This document shows positions 51,701 to 64,000 of a stretch of DNA of 64,000 bases, piece by piece. A model generated the notes under the pieces. The model was not told where the DNA came from and made no database searches. It saw only the letters and a list, made by a program, of their open reading frames with translations. This DNA comes from Eledone cirrhosa (Eukaryota). Where the stretch lies: the NCBI GenBank assembly GCA_964016885.1, contig OZ024742.1, positions 375,100,001 through 375,164,000 of the forward strand. Reading direction: 5' to 3'. Both the position numbers and the translations under genes were made by a program. Within the stretch, counting starts at the first letter, position 1. Each line of letters opens with the position of its first letter.

Positions 51701-54700
51701 ACAGTATATATATACACTAGGAATACAGTAAGATATATATACACTAGAAATACAGTAATATATATACACTAGAAATACAGTAATATATATACACTAGGAA
51801 TACAGTAATATAGTATACACTAGAAATACAAGTATAATATATACACTAGGAATACAGTAATATATATACACTAGAAATACAGTAATATATATAGACTGAG
51901 AAATACAGTAATATACTATACACTAGAAATACAGTAATATATACACTAGAAATACAGTAATATATATACACTTGAAATACAGTAATATATTACACTAGAA
52001 ATACAGTAATATATATACACTAGAAATACAGTAATATATATACACTAGAAATACAGTAATATATTATATACACTAGAATACAGTAATATATATAATCACT
52101 AGAAATACAGTAATATATATACACTAGAAATACAGTAATATATATATACACTAGAAATACAGTAATATATATACACTAGGAATACAGTAATATATATACA
52201 CTAGAAATACAGTAATATATATATACTAGAAATACAGTAATATATATACACTAGAAATACAGTAATATATATACACTAGGAATACAGTAATATATATACA
52301 CTAGAAATACAGTAATATATATACACTAGAAATACAGTAATATATATACACTAGAAATACAGTAATACTATACACTAGAATACAGTAATATATATACACT
52401 AGGAATACAGTAATATATACATTAGATATCAGTAATATATACACTAGGAATACAGTAATATATATACACTAGAAATACAGTAATATATATACACTAGAAA
52501 TACAGTAATATATATACACTAGGAATACAGTAATATATATACACTAGAAATACAGTAATATATATACACTAGAAATACAGTAATATATATACACGAGAAA
52601 TACAGTAATATATACACTAGAAATACAGTAATATATATACACTAGGAAATACAGTAATATATACACTAGAATACAGTAATATATATACACTAGAGATACA
52701 GTAATATATATACACTAGAAATACAGTAATATATACACTAGAAATACAGTAATATATACACTAGAAATACAGTAAATATATACACTAGAAATACAGTAAT
52801 ATATATACACTTAATATACAGTAATATATATACACTAGAAATACAGTAATATATATACACTAGAAATACAGTAATATATACACTAGAAATACAGTAACAT
52901 ATATACACTAGAAATACAGTAATATATATACACTAGAAATACAGTAATATAATATACACTAGAAATACAGTCATATATATATACTAGAAATACAGTAATA
53001 TATATACACTAGAAATACAGTAATATATATACACTAGGAATACAGTAATATAATATACACTAGAAATACAGTAATATATATACACTAGAAATACAGTAAT
53101 ATATATACACTAGAAATACAGGTAATATATATACACCTAGAAATACAGTAATATATATACACTAGGAATACAGTAATATATATATACACTAGAATACAGT
53201 AATATATATACACTAGAAATACAGTAAATATATATACACTAGAAATACAGTAATATATACACTAGAAATACAGTATATATATACACTAGAAATACAGTAA
53301 TATATATACACTAGCAATACAGTAATATATATACACGAGAAATACAGTAATATATACACTAGAAATACAGTAATATATATACACTAGGAATACAGTAATA
53401 TATACACTAGAAATACAGTAATATATATACACTAGAAATACAGTAATATATATACACTAGAAATACAGTAATATATACACTAGAAATACAGTAATAATAT
53501 ATACACTAGAAATACAGTAATATATACACTAGAAATACAGTAATATATATACACTTGAAATACAGTAATATATATACACTAGAAATACAGTAATATATAT
53601 ACACTAGAAATACAGTAATATATATACACTAGAAATACAGTATATATATATAATATACACTAGAATACAGTAATATATATACACTAGAAATACAGTAATA
53701 TATATACACTAGAAATACAGTAATATATACACTAGAAATACAGTAATATATATACACTAGGAATACAGTAATATATATATACACTAGAAATACAGTAATA
53801 TATACACTAGAAATACAGTAATATATATACACTAGAAATACAGTAATATATACATTAGAAATACAGTAATATATATTACACTAGAAATACAGTAATATAT
53901 ATATACACTAGAAATACAGTAATATATATATACACTAGAAATACAGTAATATATATACACTAGAAATACAGTAATATATATACACTAGAAATACAGTAAT
54001 ATATATACACTAGAAATACAGTAATATATATATACACTAGAAATACAGTAATATATATAATACACTAGAAATACAGTAATATATATATACACTAGAAATA
54101 CAGTAATATATATACACTAGAAATACAGTAATATATATACACTAGAAATACAGTAATATATATACACTAGAAATACAGTAATATATACACTAGAAATACA
54201 GTAATATATACACTAGAAATTACAGTAATATATATACACTAGAAATACAGTAATATATATACACTAGAAATACAGTAATATATATATACACTAGAAATAC
54301 AGTAATATATATACACTAGAAATACAGTAATATATATACACTAGAAATACAGTAATATATTTACACTAGAAATACAGTAATATATATACACTAGAAATAC
54401 AGTAATATATATACACTAGAAATACAGTAATATATATACACTAGAAATACAGTAATATATACACTAGAAATACAGTAATATATTATACACTAGAAATACA
54501 GTAATATATATACACTAGAAATACAGTAATATATATACACTAGAAATACAGTAATATATATACACTAGAAATACAGTAATATATATACACTAGAAATACA
54601 GTAATATATACACTAGAAATACAGTAATATATATACACTAGAAATACAGTAATATATACACTAGAAATACAGTAATATATATACACTAGAAATACAGTAA

Positions 54701-57700
54701 ATATATACACTAGAAATACAGTAATATATATACACTAGAAATACAGTAATATATATACACTAGAAATACAGTAAATATATACACCTAGAAATACAGTAAT
54801 ATATATACACTAGAATACAGAATATATATATACACTAAGAATACAGTAATTATATACACTAGAAATACAGTAATATAATATACACGAGAAATACAGTAAG
54901 ATATATACACTAGAAATACGTAAATATATACACCAGAAATACAGTAATATAATATACTCATTAGGAATACAGATATATATATACACTAAGAATACAGTAA
55001 TGTATATACACTAGAAATACAGTAAGATATATACACTAGAAATACGGTAAATATATACACCAGAAATACAGTAATATATATACATTAGGAATACAGATAT
55101 ATATATACACTAAGAATACAGTAATGTATATACACTAGGAATACAGTAATATATATACACTAGAAATACAGTAATATATATAACACGAGAAATACAGTAA
55201 TATATACACTAGAAATACAGTAATATATATACACTAGGAATACAGTAATATTATACACTAGAAATACAGTAATATATATACACTAGAGATACAGTAATAT
55301 ATATACACTAGAAATACAGTAATATATACACTAGAAATACAGTAATATATACACTAGAAATACAGTAATATATACACTAGAAATACAGTAATATATATAC
55401 ACTTGAAATACAGTAATATATACACTAGAAATACAGTAATATATATACACTAGAAATACAGTAATATATATAACACTAGAAATACAGTAATATATATATA
55501 TACACTAGAAATACAGTAATATATATAACACTAGAAATACAGTAATATATATATACTAGAAATACAGTAATATATATATCACTAGGAATACAGTAATATA
55601 TATACACTAGAAATACAGTAATATATATACACTAGAAATACAGTAAAATATATATACTAGAAATACAGTAATATATATATACACTAGGAATGCAGTAATA
55701 TATATACATTAGAAATACAGTAATATAGATACACTAGGAATACAGTAATATATATACACTAGAGATACAGTAATATATACACTAGAAAATACAGTAATAT
55801 ATATACACTAGAGATACAGTAATATATACAACACTAGAAATACAGTAATATATATACACTAGAAATACAGTAATATATATACACTAGGAATACAGTAATA
55901 TACATAGACTAGAAATACAGTAATATATATACACTAGAAAATACAGTAATATATACACTAGAAATACAGTAATATATATTACACTAGGAATACAGTAATA
56001 TATATACACTAGAAATACAGTAATATATAATACACTAGAAATACAGTAATATATACACTAGAAATACAGTAATATATACACTAGAAATACAGTAATATAT
56101 ATACACTAGAAATACAGTAATATATACATTAGAAATACAGTAATATATATACACTAGAAATACAGTAATATATATATACACTAGAAATACAGTAATATAT
56201 ATACACTAGAAATACAGTAATATATATACACTAGAAATACAGTAATATATATACACTAGAATACAGTAATATATATACACTAGAAATACAGTAATATATA
56301 TACACTAGAAATACAGTAATATATACACTAGAAATACAGTAATATATATACACTAGGAATACAGTAATATATACACTAGAAACACAGTAATATATATATA
56401 CACTAGGAATACAGTAATATATATACACTAGAAATACAGTAATATATATACACTAGAAATACAGTAATATATATACACTAGAAATACAGTAATATATATA
56501 CACTAGGAATACAGTAATATATATACACTAGAAATACAGTAATATATATACACTAGAAATACAGTAATATATACACTAGAAATACAGTAATATATATACA
56601 CAGAAATACAGTAATATACACACTAGGATACAGTAATATATATACACTAGAAATACAGTAATATATATAGATGAAATACAGTAATATATATACACTAGAA
56701 ATACAGTAATATATATACACTAGAAATACAGTAATATATATACACTAGAAATACAGTAATATATACACTAGAAATACAGTAATATATATACACTAGAAAT
56801 ACAGTAAGATATATACACTAGAAATACAGTAATATATATACACTAGAAATACAGTAAATATATACATTAGGAATACAGTAATATATATACACTAGAAATA
56901 CAGTAATATATATACACTAGAATACAGTAATATATATACACTAGAATACAGTAATATATATACCTAGAAATACAGTAATATATATACACTAGAAATACAG
57001 TAATATATATACACTAGAAATACAGTAATATATATACACTAGAAATTACAGTAATATATTATACACTAGAAATACAGGTAAATATATTACACTAGGAATA
57101 CAGTAATATATATACACTAGAAATACAGTAATATAATATACACTAGAAATACGGTAAATATATACACTAGGAATACAGTAATAGTATATACACTAGAAAT
57201 ACAGTAAGATATATACACTAGAAATACGGTAAATATATACACCAGAAATACAGTAATATATATACATTAGGAATACAGATATATATATACACTAAGAATA
57301 CAGTAATGTATATACACTAGAAATACAGTAATATAATATACACTAGAAATACAGTAAGATATATACACTAGAAATACGGTAAATATATACACAGAAATAC
57401 AGTAATATATATACATTAGAATACAGATATATATATACACTAAGAATACAGTAATGTATATACACTAGAAATACAGTAAGATATATACACTAGAAATACG
57501 GTAAATATATACACCAGAAATACAGTAATATATATACATTAGGAATACAGATATATATATACACTAAGAATACAGTAATGTATATACACTAGGAATACAG
57601 TAATATATATACACTAGAAATACAGTAATATATAATACACGAGAAATTCAGTAATATATACACTAGAAATACAGTAATATATATACACTAGGAATACAGT

Positions 57701-60700
57701 AATATATACACTAGAAATACAGTAATATATATACACTAGAGATACAGTAATATATATACACTAGAAATACAGTAATATATACACTAGAAATACAGTAATA
57801 TATACACTAGAAATACAGTACATATATACACTAGAAATACAGTAATATATATACACTTGAAATACAGTAATATATATACACTAGAAATACAGTAATATAT
57901 ATACACTAGAAATACAGTAATATATATACACTAGAAATACAGTAATATATATATATACACTAGAAATACAGTAATATATACACTACAAATACAGTAATAT
58001 ATATATACTAGAAATACAGTAATATATATATACACTAGGAATACAGTAATATATATACACTAGAAATACAGTAATATATATACACTAGAAATACAGTAAA
58101 ATATATATACTAGAAATACAGTAATATATATATACACTAGGAATACAGTAATATATATACACTAGAAATACAGTAATATAGATACACTAGAAATACAGTA
58201 ATATATATACACTAGAAATACAGTATTATATATACACTAGGAATACAGTAATATAAATACACTAGAAATACAGTAATATATATACACTAGAAATACAGTA
58301 TATATATCACTAGAAATACAGTAATATATATACACTAGAATTACAGTAATATACATAGACTAGAAATACAGTAATATATATACACTAGAAATACAGTAAT
58401 ATATACACTAGAAATACAGTAATATATATACACTAGGAAATACAGTAATATATATATACACTAGAAATACAGTAATATATATACACTAGAAATACAGTAA
58501 TATATACACTAGAAATACAGTAATATATACACTAGAAATACAGTAATATATATACACTAGAAATACAGTAATATATACATTAGAAATACAGTAATATATA
58601 TACACTAGAAATACAGTAATATATATATACACTAGAAATACAGTAATATATATATACACTAGAATACAGTAATATATATACACTAGAAATACAGTAATAT
58701 ATATACACTAGGAATACAGTAATATATATACACTAGAAATACAGTAATATATATACACTAGAAATACAGTAATATATACACTAGAAATACAGTAATATAT
58801 ATACACTAGGAATACAGTAATATATATACACTAGAAATACAGTAATATATATACACTAGAAATACAGTAATATATATATATACACTAGGAATACAGTAAT
58901 ATATATACACTAGGAATACAGTAATATATATACACTAGAAATACAGTAATATATATACACTAGAAATACAGTAATATATATACAACTAGAAATACAGTAA
59001 TATATATACACTAGGAATACAGTAATATATATACACTAGAAATACAGTAATATATATACACTAGAAATACAGTAATATATACACTAGAAATTACAGTAAT
59101 ATATATACACTAGAAATACAGTAATATATACACTAGGAATACAGTAATATATATACACTAGAAATACAGTAATATATATAGATGAGAAATACAGTAATAT
59201 ATATAACACTAGAAATACAGTAATATATATACACTAGAAATACAGTAATATATATACACTAGAAATACAGTAATATATACACTAGAAAATACAGTAATAT
59301 ATATACACTAGAAATACAGTAAGATATATACACTAGAAATACAGTAATATATATACACTAGAAATACAGTAATATATACACTAGGAATACAGTAATATAT
59401 ATACACTAGAAATACAGTAATATATATACACTAGGAATACAGTAATATATATACACTAGGAAATACAGTAAATATATATACATTAGGAATACAGATATAT
59501 ATATACACTAAGAATACAGTAATATATATACACTAGAAATACAGTAATATATATACACGAGAAATACAGTAATATATACACTAGAAATACAGTAATATAT
59601 ATACACTAGGAATACAGTATATATATACAATAGAAATACAGTAATATATATACACGAGAAATACAGTAATATATACACTAGAAATACAGTAATATATATA
59701 CACTAGGAATACAGTAATATATACACTAGAAATACAGTAATATATATACACTAGAGATACAGTAATATATATACACTAGAAATACAGTAATATATACACT
59801 AGAAATACAGTAATATATAACACTAGAAATACAGTAATATATACACTAGAAATACAGTAATATATATACACTTGAAATACAGTAATATATATACACTAGA
59901 AATACAGTAATATATATACACTAGAAATACAGTAATATATATACACTAGAAATACAGTAATATATATATATACACTAGAAATACAGTAATATATATACAC
60001 TAGAAATACAGTAATATATATATACTAGAAAATACAGTAATATTTATATACACTAGGAATACAGTAATATATTATACACTAGAAATACAGTAATATATAT
60101 ACACTAGAAATACAGTAAAATATATATACTAGAAATACAGTAATATATATATACACTAGGAATACAGTAATATATATACACTAGAAATACAGTAATATAG
60201 ATACACTAGAAATACAGTAATATATACACTAGAAATACAGTAATATATATACACTAGAAATACAGTAATATATACACTATTTCTAGTGTATATATTTACT
60301 GTATTTCTAGTGTATATATATTACTGTATTTCTAGTGTATATATTACTGTATTTCTAGTGTATCTATATTACTGTATTTCTAGTGTATATATATTACTGT
60401 ATTCCTAGTGTATATATATATTACTGTATTTCTAGTATATATATTTTACTGTATTTCTAGTGTATATATATTACTTACTGTATTTCTAGTGTATATATAT
60501 TACTGTATTCCTAGTGTATATAAATATTACTGTATTTCTAGTATATATATATTACTGTATTTCTAGTGTATATATATTACTGTATTTCTAGTGTATATAT
60601 ATATATTACTGTTATTTCTAGTGTATATATATTACTGTATTTCTAGTGTATATATATTACTGGTATTTCTAGTGTATATATATTACTGTATTTCAAGTGT

Positions 60701-63700
60701 ATATATATTACTGTATTTCTAGTGTATATATTACTGTATTTCTAGTGTATTATATTACTGTATTTCTAGTGTATATATTACTGTATTTCTAGTGTATATA
60801 TATTACTGTATCTCTAGTGTATATATAATTACTGTATTTCTAGTGTATATATTACTGTATTCCTAGTGTATATATATTACTGTATTTCTAGTGTATATAT
60901 TACTGTATTTCTCGTGTATATATATTACTGTATTTCTATTGTATATAATATTACTGTATTCCTAGTGTATATATATTACTGTATTTCTAGTGTATATATT
61001 ACTGTATTTCTCGTGTATATATATTACTGTATTTCTAGTGTATATATATTACTGTATTCTTAGTGTTATATATATCTGTATTCCTAATGTATATATATTA
61101 CTGTATTCTAGTGTATATATATTACTGTATTCCTAGTGTATATATACTTACTGTATTTCTAGTGTATATATATTACTGTATTCCTAGTGTATATATTACT
61201 GTATTTCTAGTGTATATATATTACTGTATTTCTAGTGTATATATCTTACTGTATTTCTAGTGTATATATATTACTGTATTTCTAGTGTATATATTACTGT
61301 ATTTCTAGTGTATATATATTACTGTATTTCTAGTGTATATATATTACTGTATTTCTAGTGTATATATATTACTGTATTTCTCATCTATATATATTACTGT
61401 ATTTTCTAGTGTATATATATTACTGTATTCCTAGTGTATATATTACTGTATTTCTAGTGTATATATATTACTGTATTTCTAGTGTATATATTACTGTATT
61501 TCTAGTGTATATATATTACTGTATTTCTAGTGTATATATATTACTGTAATTCTAGTGTATATATATTACTGTATTTCTAGTGTATATATATTACTGTATT
61601 TCTAGTGTATATTATATTACTGTATTTCTAGTGTATATATATTACTGTAGTATATATATTACTGTATTCCTAGTGTATATATATTACTGTATTCCTAGTG
61701 TATATATATATATTACTGTATTTCTAGTGTATATATATTACTGTATTTCTAGTGTATATATATTACTGTATTCCTAGTGTATATATATTACTGTATTTCT
61801 AGTGTATATATTACTGTATTTCTAGTGTATATATATTACTGTATTTCTAGTGTATATATATTACTGTATTCCTAGTGTATATATATTACTGTATTTCTAG
61901 TGTATATATATTACTGTATTTCTAGTGTATATATATATTACTGTATTTCTAGTGTATATATATATTACTGTATTTCTAGTGTATATATATTACTGTATTT
62001 CTAATGTATATATTACTGTATTTCTAGTGTATATATATTACTGTATTTCTAGTGTATATATTACTGTATTTCTAGTGTATATATTACTGTATTTCTAGTG
62101 TATATATATTACTGTATTTCTAGTGTATATATATATTACTGTATTCCTAGTGTATATATATTACTGTATTTCTAGTGTATATATTACTGTATTTCTAGTG
62201 TATATATATTACTGTATTTCTAGTCTATGTATATTACTGTATTCCTAGTGTATATATATTACTGTATTTCTAGTATATATATATTACTGTATTTCTAGTG
62301 TATATATATTACTGTATTTCTAGTGTATATATATTACTGTATTCCTAGTGTATATATATTACTGTATTTCTAGTGTATATATATTACTGTATTTCTAGTG
62401 TATCTATATTACTGTATTTCTAGTGTATATATATTACTGTATTCCTAGTGTATATATATATTACTGTATTTCTAGTATATATATTTTACTGTATTTCTAG
62501 TGTATATATATTACTGTATTTCTAGTGTATATATATTACTGTATTCCTAGTGTATATATATATTACTGTATTTCTAGTATATATATATTACTGTATTTGT
62601 AGTGTATATATATTACTGTATTTCTAGTGTATATATATATATTACTGTATTTCTAGTGTATATATATTACTGTATTTCTAGTGTATATATATTACTGTAT
62701 TTCTAGTGTATATATATTACTGTATTTCAAGTGTATATATATTACTGTATTTCTAGTGTATATATTACTGTATTTCTAGTGTATATATTACTGTATTTCT
62801 AGTGTATATATTACTGTATTTCTAGTGTATATATATTACTGTATCTCTAGTGTATATATATTACTGTATTTCTAGTGTATATATTACTGTATTCCTAGTG
62901 TATATATATTACTGTATTTCTAGTGTATATATTACTGAATTTCTCGTGTATATATATTACTGTATTTCTAGTGTATATATATTACTGTATTCCTAGTGTA
63001 TATACATTACTGTATTCTTAGTGTATATATATATCTGTATTCCTAATGTATATATATTACTGTATTTCTGGTGTATATATTTACCGTATTTCTAGTGTAT
63101 ATATCTTACTGTATTTCTAGTGTATATACATTACTGTATTCTTAGTGTATATATATATCTGTATTCCTAATGTATATATATTACTGTATTTCTGGTGTAT
63201 ATATTTACCGTATTTCTAGTGTATATATCTTACTGTATTTCTCGTGTATATATATTACTGTATTTCTAGTGTATATACATTACTGTATTCTTAGTGTATA
63301 TATATATCTGTATTCCTAATGTATATATATTACTGTATTTCTGGTGTATATATTTACCGTATTTCTAGTGTATATATCTTACTGTATTTCTAGTGTATAT
63401 ATATTACTGTATTCCTAGTGTATATATTTACCGTATTTCTAGTGTATATATATTACTGTATTTCTAGTGTATATATATTACTGTATTCCTAGTGTATATA
63501 TTTACCGTATTTCTAGTGTATATATATTACTGTATTTCTAGTGTATATATATTACTGTATTTCTAGTGTATATATATTACTGTATTTCTAGTGTATATAT
63601 ATTACTGTATTTCTAGTGTATATATATTACTGTATTCCTAGTGTATATATATTACTGTATTCCTAGTGTATATATATTACTGTATTTCTAGTGTATATAT

Positions 63701-64000
63701 ATTACTGTATTCCTAATGTATATATTACTGTATTTCTAGTGTATATATATTACTGTATTTCTAGTGTATATATCTTACTGTATTTCTAGTGTATATATAT
63801 TACTGTATTTCTAGTGTATATATTACTGTATTTCTAGTGTATATATATTACTGTATTTCTAGTGTATATATATTACTGTATTTCTAGTGTATATATATTA
63901 CTGTATTTCTCATCTATATATATTACTGTATTTCTAGTGTATATATATTACTGTATTCCTAGTGTGTATATTACTGTATTTCTAGTGTATATATATTACT
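48705..64000. repeat. Satellite array; monomer ACACTAGAAATACAGTAATATATAT (25 bp, with 23/27-bp variants); orientation switches at ~60280
   Basis: More than 15 kb of tandem monomers; reverse-complement monomers after 60280. Confidence 0.97.

Noticed and set aside
48705-64000. CRISPR-like array, or small ORFs in the 25-bp repeat
   Set aside because: No unique spacers, no cas genes and a eukaryotic context; it is a plain satellite

Overview
Gene-free, repeat-saturated animal genomic DNA, probably a cephalopod/octopus; that is inferred from the (TA)n abundance and the RTE/Ceph-type SINE. Long degenerate (TA)n microsatellites hold a stack of non-LTR retroelements: RTE LINEs with their SINE and non-autonomous derivatives, CR1-like 3' fragments, and six Penelope-like (PLE, RT and/or GIY-YIG) insertions of Neptune-, Nematis- and Hydra-like types. 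A 200-N gap follows, then a ~25-bp satellite array that inverts at ~60280. The IY/YI-rich ORFs in the track are microsatellite artefacts. The main hidden signal is at RNA level. About a dozen type I hammerhead ribozyme motifs occur: one in the 3' UTR/pLTR of each PLE, matching the element's sense, and others in ~480-520-bp non-coding tandem units (retrozyme-like). A ~608-bp tandemly amplified RTE-derived element starts with a twister-like fold. The near-complete Neptune-like PLE appears to join ORF1 to its RT-EN ORF by a -1 frameshift at a UUUUUUA heptamer. Fold-back palindromes occur at many scales; some could be assembly artefacts.
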